Shown: positions 16,888 through 27,684, counted from the first letter of the stretch. The stretch is 64,000 bases of DNA from Gammaproteobacteria bacterium (GCA_029881795.1 JAOULX010000011.1:41083-105082), one strand, 5' to 3'. Numbers and translations are program-made. Notes: generated from the sequence alone by a model not told the origin.

Positions 16888-16901
16888 TTGATATTCATCA
16901 G
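16888..16901 (+). promoter_or_regulatory. Candidate FNR/Anr box upstream of ccoN
   Basis: TTGATATTCATCAG is one mismatch from the TTGAT-N4-ATCAA consensus, about 180 bp upstream of the ccoN start. cbb3 operons are commonly FNR/Anr activated. Confidence 0.3.
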
Positions 16902-17079
16902 AAATGAGCTATTTATTCTGCACATTCCAAAGCTTTTCTGTGCGTATGAGTATTTTAAAACATTAGTAAATGCTGTAATATGCGCACCTTCAAATTTGGG
17001 TCCTTGTCACTGAGCAAAGTTGCGCGCAGAGAGCAGGGGTGATTCATCCAATTTTTATTGAGCCCACTGAGGTAGAAAC

Positions 17080-18513
17080 ATGGCGCATAGTATGGCTGCT
17101 AAAGCAGAATACAATTACGACATCATCAAAAAATTTGCTGCGATGGCAATGGTTTGGGGCGTGTTGGGTATGTTCGTCGGCTTTTATGCCGCATCTGAAC
17201 TTGCTTTTCCGATTCTGAACTTTGATAACCAATACATTACATTCGGTCGCTTGCGTCCGGTGCATACAACGCTGGTTATCTTCGGTTTTGGTGGTAGTGC
17301 ATTATTTGCAACTTCTTATTATATTGTTCAGCGCACTTGTCAGGCTCGCCTGCATGGTACTGGCTTGGCAAATTTCACATTCTGGGGCTGGCAGATTTCT
17401 GTAGCTGCTGGCGTGATCACTTATATGCTGGGTTACACCCAGGCACGTGAGTATGCTGAATTTGAATGGCCTATCGATTTGTTGATCACAGTGACCTGGG
17501 TGATATACCTGTATGTCTTCGTGATGACGCTTCGTCAGCGTTCACAGCCACACATCTATGTTGCAAACTGGTTCTTTATCGCATTTATTCTGGCGACAGC
17601 TATCCTGCATGTCTTTAACAACCTGGCAGTGCCGGTTGATATGTTTGGCATGAAGTCATATAGCCTGTTCTCAGGTGTACAGGATGCGATGACTCAGTGG
17701 TGGTATGGGCATAATGCCGTGGGCTTTTTCTTAACAGCTGCGTTCCTGGGTATGATGTATTACTTCGTACCTAAGCAAGCGGGCCGTCCGGTTTATTCAT
17801 ATCGTTTGTCTGTCATCCACTTCTGGGCATTAGTGTTCTTGTACATGTGGGTTGGTGGTCATCACCTGCACTGGACAGCACTTCCAGACTGGACCTCAAC
17901 ACTGGCAGCTACCTTCTCGATCATTCTATTAATGCCTTCTTGGGGCGGTATGATCAACGGTATCATGACGATGTCAGGTGCCTGGGACAAGCTGCGTACT
18001 GATCCAGTTATGCGATTCCTGATCGTTTCATTATCGTTTTACGGTATGTCGACGTTTGAAGGTCCGATGATGGCTCTGAAATCGGTTAATGCGTTATCGC
18101 ATTACACAGACTGGACCATCGGTCACGTTCATTCAGGTGCTTTAGGTTGGGTTGCAATGGTTTCATTCGGTTCTTTCTACCATATGGTGCCGAAGCTTTA
18201 TAACACCAAGATGTACAGCGAAAAACTGATCTTCACTCACTTCTGGTTAGCGACGATTGGTATTGTTCTGTATATCACTGCAATGTGGACCTCAGGTATT
18301 GGTCAGGGTCTGATCCTGCGTGCCTTTGATAGCTACGGTAATCTGGCTTACACCTTTGTTGAGTCGGTTAGTTACCTGCATGGTCCATATATTACTCGTG
18401 CGATTGGCGGCTTCCTGTTTGTTACAGGTGCGGCGATCATGGCTTATAACCTTTACATGACTGCCAAGCAAGGTAAGCGCGAAGCCGCTGAAGCTGCTGC
18501 AGCTGCTGCTTAG
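17080..18513 (+). CDS. ccoN: cbb3-type cytochrome c oxidase subunit I
   Basis: 477 aa, 12+ TM, conserved His ligands ([14 protein letters not shown]). Confidence 0.9.
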   Translation: MAHSMAAKAEYNYDIIKKFAAMAMVWGVLGMFVGFYAASELAFPILNFDNQYITFGRLRPVHTTLVIFGFGGSALFATSYYIVQRTCQARLHGTGLANFTFWGWQISVAAGVITYMLGYTQAREYAEFEWPIDLLITVTWVIYLYVFVMTLRQRSQPHIYVANWFFIAFILATAILHVFNNLAVPVDMFGMKSYSLFSGVQDAMTQWWYGHNAVGFFLTAAFLGMMYYFVPKQAGRPVYSYRLSVIHFWALVFLYMWVGGHHLHWTALPDWTSTLAATFSIILLMPSWGGMINGIMTMSGAWDKLRTDPVMRFLIVSLSFYGMSTFEGPMMALKSVNALSHYTDWTIGHVHSGALGWVAMVSFGSFYHMVPKLYNTKMYSEKLIFTHFWLATIGIVLYITAMWTSGIGQGLILRAFDSYGNLAYTFVESVSYLHGPYITRAIGGFLFVTGAAIMAYNLYMTAKQGKREAAEAAAAAA

Positions 18514-18524
18514 GAGACTGACTC

Positions 18525-19259
18525 ATGAAGCACGATAAAATCGAAAAAAATCTTGGCCTGCTAATGCTGTTCACAATGGTTGTGATCAGTATTGGTGGTC
18601 TGGTTGAAATTGTTCCGCTGTTCCATATCAATGACACGATAGAGAAAGTTGAAGGTGTTCGCCCTTATACGCCTCTTGAGTTACGTGGCCGTGATATCTA
18701 CCAGCGTGAAGGTTGTTACCTGTGTCATTCGCAAATGATTCGTCCGTTCCGTGATGAAGCGCTGCGTTATGGTCACTATTCACTGGCGGCAGAATCGAAG
18801 TACGATCATCCGTTCCAGTGGGGCTCTAAGCGTACTGGTCCTGATCTGGCTCGAGTGGGTGAGAAATATTCAAACGAATGGCAGGTTCAGCATTTAATTG
18901 CACCACGTTCGGTTGTACCTGAGTCGATCATGCCAAACTACCCATGGTTAATGAAAAATGACCTGGCGTTTAGTGATATTGCAGATCGTCTGCGGGCACT
19001 GAAAAAAGTAGGTGTTCCTTACTCTGAAAGCAAAGCTGAATACGAAGCCAATGTGAAAGAGTTTGGTCAAGACGTCGCTGAAATGCTGGATATTCAGAAG
19101 GCACAGGAAAATCTGATCAAGCAAGCCCAATCGGGTAACTATGACGGTGATGCGAATCGCATTACTGAAATGGAAGCGATGGTCGCTTACCTGCAAATGC
19201 TGGGTACACTGGTTGATTTCAGCCAGTATGACGAAGGTCATTTCGTACAGTTCAGATAA
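18525..19259 (+). CDS. ccoO: cbb3-type cytochrome c oxidase subunit II (monoheme)
   Basis: 244 aa; CYLCHSQ heme-binding CXXCH; typical CcoO. Confidence 0.9.
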   Translation: MKHDKIEKNLGLLMLFTMVVISIGGLVEIVPLFHINDTIEKVEGVRPYTPLELRGRDIYQREGCYLCHSQMIRPFRDEALRYGHYSLAAESKYDHPFQWGSKRTGPDLARVGEKYSNEWQVQHLIAPRSVVPESIMPNYPWLMKNDLAFSDIADRLRALKKVGVPYSESKAEYEANVKEFGQDVAEMLDIQKAQENLIKQAQSGNYDGDANRITEMEAMVAYLQMLGTLVDFSQYDEGHFVQFR

Positions 19260-19311
19260 TTAATCGTAGCCGTGCAGTTTTTAAAGCACGGCTTGCAGAA
19301 AGGGTTTTGAC

Positions 19312-19524
19312 TTGATAGCTGAAATATTTAACTGGTTAGGTGACATGCGCAATAGCAAGATTCTTGCGCTGCTGATATTTTTTATCGGCTTTGTCATTTT
19401 GCTGGTTTTTGTTTTCACTGGTAAAGAGCGCAGTAAGCGCCTTGAGTCTTATAAAAATATACCTTTTCTGGATGATGACGAAGACGAACCAAAAAGTTCG
19501 ACAACGGTGAAAAAAGATGAGTAA
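19312..19524 (+). CDS. ccoQ: cbb3 oxidase small subunit CcoQ
   Basis: 70-aa single-TM protein between ccoO and ccoP; TTG start at 19312 or ATG at 19345. Confidence 0.6.
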   Translation: MIAEIFNWLGDMRNSKILALLIFFIGFVILLVFVFTGKERSKRLESYKNIPFLDDDEDEPKSSTTVKKDE

Positions 19525-20455
19525 TTCGAATCAAAAATCAGGTGGTGCTCCATCTACCGGTCACAATTGGGACGGTATTGAAGAGTTAACCAATCCAGTA
19601 CCACGTTGGTGGATATGGTCTTTCTACTTTACAGTAGTAATCTGTATCATTTACTGGATTATTTATCCTGCATGGCCTGTAGGCAAATCGTATACAACCG
19701 GTACCTTTAACGATATTACTTATAATGTTGTTAACAAAGATACGGGCGAAGTAAAAGAAGTGACAACGCACTGGAATACACGTGCATTGTTGATGGCTGA
19801 TATGCAGCGCGGTAAAGAAGCGCTGAAACAAAAAGCCTATATGGATGAAGTGGCTAAAGCCAGCTTTGATGATATTTTATCTGACCCGGAAAAAATGGCC
19901 TTTGCGCGTTCATTAGCAAAAGGTATTTACGGTGACAACTGTGCAGCTTGTCATGGTACGGGGGGTACTGGTGTTGTGGGTTTATTCCCTAACCTGGCAG
20001 ATGATGACTGGTTGTGGGGCGGTAAAGTCGAGCAAATTCAGGCTAGCATCGAACAGGGCCGTCATGGTTATATGCCGGACTTTAAAAACACTTTTAATGC
20101 CGAGCAATTAGATGCTGTTACTGAATATGTGTTATCGCTTTCAGGTCATGCAATGGACTCTAAGAAAGTGGCAACGGGTAAACGCATTTTTAATGGTCAG
20201 GAAGGTGGTTGTTATTACTGCCATACTTCAAAAGCCACCGGTATGATTTCGGTCGGTGCAGCAAATCTGACAGACAGTATCTGGACTATTGCAGACGTTC
20301 AGGGCGCAGCTTCACTGGAAGCAAAGAAAGCGTCTGTTAAATCGGTTATTGCGAATGGTGTTAGTCGTAAAATGCCAGCATGGTCTGAGCGTTTAAGTGC
20401 TAATGACATTAAACTGTTATCAGTATATGTACATGAGTTAGGCGGCGGTAAATAA
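19517..20455 (+). CDS. ccoP: cbb3-type cytochrome c oxidase subunit III (diheme)
   Basis: 312 aa; two CXXCH motifs (CAACHG, CYYCHT). Confidence 0.9.
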   Translation: MSNSNQKSGGAPSTGHNWDGIEELTNPVPRWWIWSFYFTVVICIIYWIIYPAWPVGKSYTTGTFNDITYNVVNKDTGEVKEVTTHWNTRALLMADMQRGKEALKQKAYMDEVAKASFDDILSDPEKMAFARSLAKGIYGDNCAACHGTGGTGVVGLFPNLADDDWLWGGKVEQIQASIEQGRHGYMPDFKNTFNAEQLDAVTEYVLSLSGHAMDSKKVATGKRIFNGQEGGCYYCHTSKATGMISVGAANLTDSIWTIADVQGAASLEAKKASVKSVIANGVSRKMPAWSERLSANDIKLLSVYVHELGGGK

Positions 20456-20600
20456 TAACTACCCAGCTGAGACTCCTGTCAGGCGTCATGACTGCGTTAA
20501 AAAATGATCATTTACACTTGTAAACTCACATTTTTTGCCTTGTCCTGCCAGATGACAGAAGCAATCTGAATAGTTATGCCGATTTGTTTAGTTAAAAAAC

Positions 20601-20626
20601 GCCGGACTTGTGTCCGGCGTTTTTGT
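20601..20626 (+). terminator. Rho-independent terminator after ccoNOQP
   Basis: GCCGGACTTGTGTCCGGCGTTTTTG. Confidence 0.6.
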
Positions 20627-20679
20627 CTATAATACATTGATAAACTTTGTCCAAGAGGCGACTTAATCCGTAACTGAAA

Positions 20680-22098
20680 ATGGCTGATCAAAATGTAAAT
20701 TTCAACGGAATAGAGCCGGCCTCCAAAGTTTTCGTACGCTCTGTAAAAGGCTCTTTCCGAAATTTTAAAACAACCATGCTGTTGTTGGCATATGCGGTGT
20801 ATTTTTTACTGCCCTGGTTGCGCTGGGATCGTATCAGCGGTCCTGACCAGGCGGTACTGTTTGATCTTGATGCGCGCCTGTTTTATATCTTTGGTTTGGT
20901 GATGCATCCGCAGGATGTGGTCTGGCTGACCGGTTTTTTAATTATCGCTGCCTATCTGTTATTTTTTGTGACCGGTGTTCTGGGGCGGGTCTGGTGTGGT
21001 TATTTTTGTTTTCACACGCTGTGGTTAGATACCTATATGTTTATCGAGCGACTGGTTCAGGGGGAGCGTCCAGCCCGGGTCCGACTCAGCAAGCAACGCT
21101 GGGATCTTGAAAAAACATTAAAAATTTCACTGACCTTTCTTTTATATCTGCTGGTTGCTTTCGTCACCGGTTTTACCTTTATTTTATACTGGGGTAATGC
21201 GCCTGAAATGCTTAACGGCTTTTTTAAAGGTGAACTCGATTCAGCGGCATATATCACCACGCTGATTTTAACCGGCTCAACCTTTATGCTGGCCGGTTTT
21301 GCGCGTGAACAGTTGTGTAAATCAGTTTGTCCTTATGCCCGTTTTCAAGCCGCGATGTTCGACCGTGATACACTGATTATCGCCTATGATGAAAAACGCG
21401 GTGAAGCTGATAACGGTCGGGCAAAACCATCTAAAGAAATTAAAACCCGCGAACAGCGGCTACAAAATAATATCGGTGACTGTGTTGATTGCGGTTTTTG
21501 TGTTCAGGTTTGCCCAACTGGTATCGACATAAGAGATGGTATTCAGAACGAATGTATTTCCTGTGGTTTGTGTATCGATGCCTGTAACCAGATTATGGCT
21601 AATTTGGGCTGGCCAAAGGGGCTGATCAGGTACACCTCTGAACGTGAAGTCAGCATGGGTATCCGACCAAAATATTTCAAACCCAAAAACATCGGTTATG
21701 CGCTGGCTTTTTTTGGAGGGGCGTTCTGGCTGGCCTGGAATATGGCAAATCAGGACCCTATGGATATGTCGATTCGTAAGGTTAGAAAACCGATGTATGT
21801 GCAATTATCTGATGGACGCTTTCAGAACAGCTATGAGCTAAAGGTTAATAATAAAACCCAGAACACAGTGGATGTCGGGCTGGTTATCGAAGGCTTAAAA
21901 AATGTTGAAGTTGATCTGGGGCGCTTAAAAAGGCTGACACTTAAACCAGAGCAAACCCTGACGGTAGTCGTAAGAATTAAACACCCGGCAATCAGCCACT
22001 CAGACGGACAGCAACCATTTGAGTTTGTACTGGTGCCAAAGAATGTTGTGTTTGATCCGATCAGAGACAGTGCATTATTTTATACGCCTAAATTTTAA
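20680..22098 (+). CDS. ccoG: cbb3 oxidase accessory 4Fe-4S membrane protein
   Basis: 472 aa; ferredoxin-type Cys clusters (CVDCGFCVQVCP, CISCGLCIDAC) and CPYARFQ motif. Confidence 0.85.
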   Translation: MADQNVNFNGIEPASKVFVRSVKGSFRNFKTTMLLLAYAVYFLLPWLRWDRISGPDQAVLFDLDARLFYIFGLVMHPQDVVWLTGFLIIAAYLLFFVTGVLGRVWCGYFCFHTLWLDTYMFIERLVQGERPARVRLSKQRWDLEKTLKISLTFLLYLLVAFVTGFTFILYWGNAPEMLNGFFKGELDSAAYITTLILTGSTFMLAGFAREQLCKSVCPYARFQAAMFDRDTLIIAYDEKRGEADNGRAKPSKEIKTREQRLQNNIGDCVDCGFCVQVCPTGIDIRDGIQNECISCGLCIDACNQIMANLGWPKGLIRYTSEREVSMGIRPKYFKPKNIGYALAFFGGAFWLAWNMANQDPMDMSIRKVRKPMYVQLSDGRFQNSYELKVNNKTQNTVDVGLVIEGLKNVEVDLGRLKRLTLKPEQTLTVVVRIKHPAISHSDGQQPFEFVLVPKNVVFDPIRDSALFYTPKF

Positions 22099-22131
22099 TT
22101 TTATGTTTATTTTAAACAAGAGAGACAGGAT

Positions 22132-22953
22132 ATGCCGGATTTATTAACATCGTTAGGTACTGGAGTGGCTGCGGCGATATTCATTTTTGTTGTTCTTTAT
22201 AAAGTTCTTCACTTTTCTGCAGCAAGGTCAGGTTTGATCTCTGCGGGAATAGTACTGAGTGTTTACATCATTTTGGCTATTATTTTCTGGCCGGGTGGAG
22301 ATGTGTTTTCGATTCATCTGGCTATATTTGGTGTGGTTCCTTACATGCTCGGAATGATTTCACATTACCGCGAGCAGGCACTGGACAGTGAGCAGCGTAA
22401 AAAATGGTTTCACTGGATTCCGGCTTTATTTTTTGTTTTCTTTTTTGTCGTTGTTGTTGTCAATATGACACTGGTTAGCCTTTCCACTAGTGGTATGTCA
22501 TCAGAGATGTTGCAGTGGCTGCTGCCCAAACAAAAAGGAGCACAGTACACGTCTCAGTTCCCCGGTGTTATTTCGCATGATTATCAGGAAAAGGAAGCGC
22601 TCTATAATGAATACCTTGAAAACCTGAAGCGACAGAAGCAACGTGGCTGGAAAATCAAGCAAGGCTGGTTAGTCTCTCCAGAACAAAATAAAGCCGCGAT
22701 ATTTCAGATTGAAGCGCGCGATAAAAACGGCCACATAATTTCAGGTCTGGATATCAGTCTTAAGTTTTTACGTCCATCTGATTTTCGTCACGATAAGGAA
22801 TTTAAAATGCATGAGGTGCTGGATGGCATTTATCAGCAAAGCGTAAAATTTGAATTTCCCGGTAACTGGAATGTTGTTATTGTGATGAAAAAAGATAATG
22901 AAGTACATGAAATTCGTGGTGATAGTTTTGTAAAAGATCAGGTCAAACAATAA
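22132..22953 (+). CDS. Membrane protein with C-terminal FixH-like domain (CcoH-like), N-terminal extra TM region
   Basis: Position between ccoG and ccoI; N-terminal multi-TM region, C-terminal soluble domain. FixH resemblance is recalled, not verified. Confidence 0.45.
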   Translation: MPDLLTSLGTGVAAAIFIFVVLYKVLHFSAARSGLISAGIVLSVYIILAIIFWPGGDVFSIHLAIFGVVPYMLGMISHYREQALDSEQRKKWFHWIPALFFVFFFVVVVVNMTLVSLSTSGMSSEMLQWLLPKQKGAQYTSQFPGVISHDYQEKEALYNEYLENLKRQKQRGWKIKQGWLVSPEQNKAAIFQIEARDKNGHIISGLDISLKFLRPSDFRHDKEFKMHEVLDGIYQQSVKFEFPGNWNVVIVMKKDNEVHEIRGDSFVKDQVKQ

Positions 22954-22956
22954 TCA

Positions 22957-25380
22957 ATGTCTGAACAAAATACTCAGCAGTGTTTTCATTGTGGCCTGCC
23001 TGTGCCGCCGGGTTCTCATTATCGTGTTGAAATTGAGCAGACAGAGCAGCCTATGTGCTGTCCTGGTTGTGAAGCTGTGGCCACGGCGATTGTAGAAAAC
23101 AATCTGACATCGTTTTATAAACACCGCACCGATAATAGCCGCACAGCAGGTCAGCTGGTTCCACAGGAGCTGATGAAGCTGGACCTGTATGACAAACCCC
23201 AGTTACAAAAATCCTTTGTGCGCGACGATGAAGGTGATGTTAAAGAAGCGGCGTTAATGCTGGAAGGTATCGTCTGCGCCGCCTGTGTCTGGCTGAATGA
23301 AAAATACGTGTCTTCTTTACCTGGCGTGATCGAGTTTCGGGTTAATTACTCGACCCACCGTGCGCAGTTAAAATGGCATAGTGAGGAGATTAAGCTCAGT
23401 GAGGTTTTGCGGGCGATTGAGTCGATAGGTTATCACGCCCATCCGTTTGATCCGAGTCGTCAGGAATCGATTCATAAAAAAGAAAAGCAAACAGCCATTA
23501 GGCGTTTGTTAGTTGCCGGTCTGGGCATGATGCAGGTGATGATGGTTGCGATTGCCTTATACGCCGGCGAATACGGTGTGATGGATGCAGATATCCGTGA
23601 GTTCTTGCGCTGGGTCAGTCTGGGATTTGCAATACCGGTTATGTTGTATTCGGCACAGCCTTTTTTTAAGTCTGCTTGGGGCGATTTAAAAAGACGACAA
23701 CTAGGGATGGATGTGCCGGTTTCATTGGCAATGGGGGCAGCATTCTCTGCCAGCTTATGGTCAACCATTAGCGGAATCGGCGAGGTGTATTATGACTCAG
23801 TCACAATGTTCGTTTTCTTTCTGCTGGCTGGTCGTTATCTTGAACTGATAGCACGACACAAAGCCGGGCGTATTGCAGAGGAGCTGGTTAAACTGGTGCC
23901 GGCAACTGCTACCCGTATTAATACGGATGGCGCGCATGAAGTTATGACCACCAGTGAGCTGAATAAAAATGACCACGTGCTGATCAAACCAGGAGAGTTA
24001 ATCCCGGCTGATGGTATTGTACTGGCAGGTATCAGTAGCGTTGATGAAAGTTTGCTGACCGGCGAAAGTTTGCCTCGAAGCAGAAAACTCGATGATGAAG
24101 TGGTTGGTGGGACATTAAATATTGAAAGTCCGTTAACGGTTTGTGTGACATCTGTTGGTGAGGAAAGCTTTCTGTCATCGGTGATCCGCTTACTGGATCG
24201 TGCCGGCAGCGAAAAACCTGCGCTGACCCGGGCGGTTGATAAAATTGCAGGCTGGTTTGTCGCCGGTATTCTGCTAATTGCGGCTGTGGTGGCTTTTTAT
24301 TGGGCGGCGCAGGATGCGATGCATGCGTTCCAGATTACCTTGTCGGTACTGGTAGTTACCTGTCCCTGTGCCTTGTCACTGGCAACGCCTGCCGCGCTGA
24401 CAGCAGCAACCGGACGGCTGACTGAAATCGGCTTGCTGACCACGCGTGGTCATGCGCTGGAAACACTGGCAGCAAGCACGCATATTATTTTTGATAAGAC
24501 CGGTACGCTGACTTATGGCCAGTTGCAGGCAGACAATATTCAGATGCTGCGACCTAGCATGGCAGAAGCAGAGTTGTGTGCACTGATTGCAAGTATTGAG
24601 CAGGATTCAGAGCACCCAATAGCCAAAGCCTTGACCGCTTTGAGTAATGACCGACTCGCTGTTGATGCGGTTGTTGCTCAAAGCGGGCAGGGAATTGAGG
24701 CACGTTATAAGCAAGCTGTAATACGAGTGGGTAAGCGGGACTATGTTAGCCAGTTATCGGCTCAGGCAGATAGCGGGTTTGAGTCTGACAATAATGCCAA
24801 AAGCGCTGTATTTGTGGGTGATGAAAGCGGTTTGCTGGCAGTGATAACGATTCAAGATCGCTTACGTGGCGAAGCAAAAAACAGTATTGCGCAGTTAAAA
24901 GAGTTGGGTCTACAGGTGATTTTGTTAAGTGGTGATCAGCAAACTGTGGTGGAGCATGTTGCCAAAGAGCTGGGTGTGACCGAGGCCAGAGGTGAATGTT
25001 TACCGAGTGACAAGCTAAGCTACGTGCAGGCATTGCAGCAACAAGGTCATGTGGTTGCGATGGTCGGTGACGGCGTTAATGATGCGCCTGTACTGGCAGC
25101 AGCGCAGGTTTCACTGGCGATGGGCGGCGGCACCCAGCTGGCTCATGCCAGTGCCGACATGGTGTTGTTATCAGAGAATCTTGAGCATGTGGCTGATGGT
25201 GTTGCAATGGCCCGGCGGACATTAACGATAATTCGTCAAAACTTTGCCTGGGCTATTGGCTATAATGTATTGGCAGTGCCACTGGCTGCAATGGGCTTAG
25301 TTGCCCCATGGATGGCTGCTATCGGTATGTCAATGAGCTCGCTGGTGGTTGTACTGAATGCACTGCGTTTAAGACGCTAA
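22957..25380 (+). CDS. ccoI: Copper-translocating P1B-type ATPase for cbb3 maturation
   Basis: 807 aa; N-terminal CxxC metal-binding motifs, CPC in TM6, DKTGTLT phosphorylation motif, GDGVNDAP hinge. Confidence 0.9.
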   Translation: MSEQNTQQCFHCGLPVPPGSHYRVEIEQTEQPMCCPGCEAVATAIVENNLTSFYKHRTDNSRTAGQLVPQELMKLDLYDKPQLQKSFVRDDEGDVKEAALMLEGIVCAACVWLNEKYVSSLPGVIEFRVNYSTHRAQLKWHSEEIKLSEVLRAIESIGYHAHPFDPSRQESIHKKEKQTAIRRLLVAGLGMMQVMMVAIALYAGEYGVMDADIREFLRWVSLGFAIPVMLYSAQPFFKSAWGDLKRRQLGMDVPVSLAMGAAFSASLWSTISGIGEVYYDSVTMFVFFLLAGRYLELIARHKAGRIAEELVKLVPATATRINTDGAHEVMTTSELNKNDHVLIKPGELIPADGIVLAGISSVDESLLTGESLPRSRKLDDEVVGGTLNIESPLTVCVTSVGEESFLSSVIRLLDRAGSEKPALTRAVDKIAGWFVAGILLIAAVVAFYWAAQDAMHAFQITLSVLVVTCPCALSLATPAALTAATGRLTEIGLLTTRGHALETLAASTHIIFDKTGTLTYGQLQADNIQMLRPSMAEAELCALIASIEQDSEHPIAKALTALSNDRLAVDAVVAQSGQGIEARYKQAVIRVGKRDYVSQLSAQADSGFESDNNAKSAVFVGDESGLLAVITIQDRLRGEAKNSIAQLKELGLQVILLSGDQQTVVEHVAKELGVTEARGECLPSDKLSYVQALQQQGHVVAMVGDGVNDAPVLAAAQVSLAMGGGTQLAHASADMVLLSENLEHVADGVAMARRTLTIIRQNFAWAIGYNVLAVPLAAMGLVAPWMAAIGMSMSSLVVVLNALRLRR

Positions 25381-25404
25381 TGTCACAAGGTTGAATTTAA
25401 GACA

Positions 25405-25623
25405 ATGAAAATTCTGTATTTATTAATACCTTTGGGATTTATGGTCATGGGTATTGCGCTCTGGGCTATCATTTGGGCGGTCAAAAATGGTCAGTTTGAA
25501 GACCTTGAAGGGCCTGCACATCGTATCCTGATGGACGATGATGACCCGATGGTACCGAGTTTTAACAAGTCGGCGGAAAAGCCGCAGGGCACGGATTCTG
25601 ACTTGAATAACAAGTCAGAATAG
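25405..25623 (+). CDS. ccoS: cbb3 oxidase maturation protein CcoS/FixS
   Basis: 72 aa, single TM, immediately after ccoI. Confidence 0.7.
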   Translation: MKILYLLIPLGFMVMGIALWAIIWAVKNGQFEDLEGPAHRILMDDDDPMVPSFNKSAEKPQGTDSDLNNKSE

Positions 25624-25658
25624 ATTAACATTTGCTGATATTCTTAATGAGGTGAGAT

Positions 25659-25751
25659 ATGTTTTCATTTTATCACGGTTTACCACTGACCATCGTTTTC
25701 GCGATTGTTGTTTTATCCTGGGCCAGCTTCTTATCGGTTATTTTTTCATAA
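25659..25751 (+). CDS. Possible 30-aa hydrophobic micro-protein trailing ccoS
   Basis: GAGGTGA SD then ATG; MFSFYHGLPLTIVFAIVVLSWASFLSVIFS forms a single TM helix and is followed directly by terminator 25777-25806. Confidence 0.25.
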   Translation: MFSFYHGLPLTIVFAIVVLSWASFLSVIFS

Positions 25752-25776
25752 GACAGGGTTTTACAGGATATTGATT

Positions 25777-25806
25777 AAAAAGCGGCCCTAAGCTGCTTTT
25801 TTTTTG
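25777..25806 (+). terminator. Rho-independent terminator ending the ccoGHIS unit
   Basis: AAAAAGCGGCCCTAAGCTGCTTTTTTTTT (stem with one G-U pair, long T-run). Confidence 0.5.
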
Positions 25807-25898
25807 TTCGCTATAAACAGATCGAATTTGTCTGATTGCCGCGGAATGGTCTATGATATAGACAATAGAACTGGCTTGAGAAGGGTGTGGCTTAAGAT

Positions 25899-26282
25899 AT
25901 GATAATGCTGTTACAACTGGATGATGAAGTCGTCATCAATAAATTTCGGGTTAATGACAAAAAGACGCTGATTGGTCGCCGGGTTGAATGTGACATCACG
26001 ATTGATGATATTTCGGTGAGTGGCGAACATGCCAGTCTTGAAGTTGAGAATAGTGTTGAATTTGATGGTGAGTTTAATTACTACATCAATGATTTAGGCA
26101 GCACTAACGGGACTTTTGTCAACGATGCTAAAGCCAAGCGGCAGCGTCTGAAGCACAACGATATTATCCGGGTCGGCTGGATAAGTTTTAAATTCTACGA
26201 TGAAAGTAAAGAAGAACATATGCTGGAGAAAACCAGCAAAATTAAAAAAAGCTGGATACCGGGTGTGTTTTACGGCAAATAG
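25899..26282 (+). CDS. FHA-domain protein
   Basis: 127 aa; LIGRRVECDITIDDISVSGEHASL...YINDLGSTNGTFVN matches FHA fold motifs (GR...S..HA...D..S.NGT). Confidence 0.7.
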   Translation: MIMLLQLDDEVVINKFRVNDKKTLIGRRVECDITIDDISVSGEHASLEVENSVEFDGEFNYYINDLGSTNGTFVNDAKAKRQRLKHNDIIRVGWISFKFYDESKEEHMLEKTSKIKKSWIPGVFYGK

Positions 26283-26333
26283 TTGCAAACCGCAGCCTAT
26301 TGCTCAGTAAAGTGACAAAGCGGAGGTGTTGTT

Positions 26334-26513
26334 GTGAATCAGCATAAACCAATAGAGCAAGAACAGGTAAAGTGTGAGGTTTGTTTAAAGGAAATCCCGG
26401 CCGCAGAAGCCGCGCATTCAGAAACAGAAGATTATGTTGCGCATTTTTGCGGTCTGGAGTGTTATCAGCAGTGGCAGACAAAGCAAGCCAGCACAGAAAC
26501 TGACCGACCATAA
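26334..26513 (+). CDS. Small Cys4 (zinc-ribbon-like) protein, GTG start
   Basis: 59 aa; GGAGGTG SD; CEVC...CGLEC arrangement; below ORF-track cutoff. Confidence 0.4.
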   Translation: MNQHKPIEQEQVKCEVCLKEIPAAEAAHSETEDYVAHFCGLECYQQWQTKQASTETDRP

Positions 26514-26635
26514 AAAACATAATGTCAGATCCTGTTATAGCGTTCTACAGACCCGATTCAGAGCCTGTTGCCTAAGACGATAGAGACTGCGTGTCTATCT
26601 TTAAGGTTTCGTTTTTATGGTTTTAACGCAGGCAC

Positions 26636-26666
26636 AAAAAAAGCGCTCAAAGGAGCGCTTTTTTAT
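26636..26666. terminator. Bidirectional terminator between the small Cys protein gene (+) and rpoH (-)
   Basis: AAAAAAAGCGCTCAAAGGAGCGCTTTTTTAT perfect hairpin flanked by A- and T-runs. Confidence 0.65.
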
Positions 26667-26680
26667 TGTTGCTCGAAAGT

Positions 26681-27574
26681 TTAGGCTTCCAGCATGCCGC
26701 TGCGAAGTTTCTTCAGGGCATTGCTTTCAAGCTGACGGATACGCTCTGCAGAGACCCCGTATTTTTCCGCCAAGTCTTGTAAAGTGGCTTTGTCGTCATT
26801 CAGCCAGCGTTGTTGCAGAATATCCTGACTGCGTTCATCTAAAGTCGTTAATGACGCAGTTAACTGACTGATCTGATTTTGTTCCCAGTCAACCGACTCG
26901 GCCGCATTAGCCGGATCCATGTTGTGGCTGGTCAGGTAAGTAGATGGTGACAGATGAGAATCTTCACTGTCTTCACTGGTCGGTGCGTCAAAAGCGACGT
27001 CATAGTTATTCAGACGTGCTTCCATTTCTAATACGGTCTCAGGTTTTACACCGAGGGTTTCAGCCACATCCTTAACTTCGTCCTGATTAAACCAGCCCAG
27101 ACGTTTTTTCGATGAGCGCAATTTGAAAAACAGTTTGCGTTGTGGCTTGGTGGTCGCAATTTTAACGATGCGCCAGTTACGGATAACGAATTCGTGAATT
27201 TCAGCACGAATCCAGTGTACAGCGAAGGAAACCAGACGGACGTTGTGAGAGCTATCAAAGCGTTTTACGGCTTTCATCAGGCCAATATTTCCTTCCTGAA
27301 TTAAGTCCGCCAGAGGCAGGCCATAACCGGTGTAGCCGCGCGCAATACGCACAACAAAACGCAAGTTGGATAAAACCAGTTTTTGTGCTGATTCAATATC
27401 GCCCTGTTGCTGCAGTCGGTCACTTAATTCGCGCTCTTCTTCGGCGCTTAACATGGGTATATTGTTGATATCGCTGAAATAGCTACCCAGATCGTTGGTG
27501 ACGACAGGTAAAACTGTTTGCGCTGGTATCAATGCTGTACTCATTGTTATTACTCCTCGTAAATCTATGAACAT
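26681..27574 (-). CDS. rpoH: RNA polymerase sigma-32 factor
   Basis: 297 aa; the RpoH box QRKLFFNLRK-like segment ([17 protein letters not shown]), regions 2 and 4, and position adjacent to ftsX. Confidence 0.9.
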   Translation of the reverse strand: MFIDLRGVITMSTALIPAQTVLPVVTNDLGSYFSDINNIPMLSAEEERELSDRLQQQGDIESAQKLVLSNLRFVVRIARGYTGYGLPLADLIQEGNIGLMKAVKRFDSSHNVRLVSFAVHWIRAEIHEFVIRNWRIVKIATTKPQRKLFFKLRSSKKRLGWFNQDEVKDVAETLGVKPETVLEMEARLNNYDVAFDAPTSEDSEDSHLSPSTYLTSHNMDPANAAESVDWEQNQISQLTASLTTLDERSQDILQQRWLNDDKATLQDLAEKYGVSAERIRQLESNALKKLRSGMLEA

Positions 27575-27684
27575 AGTTTAGCACTCCTGAATATAGAGTG
27601 CTAATTCTTTGGAAAGTTCCGATAAATGGAAAATAGACTGTTAAAACAAAGGCTTGTCTTGAGAGTGGCGGCCTGACAGAGGTG

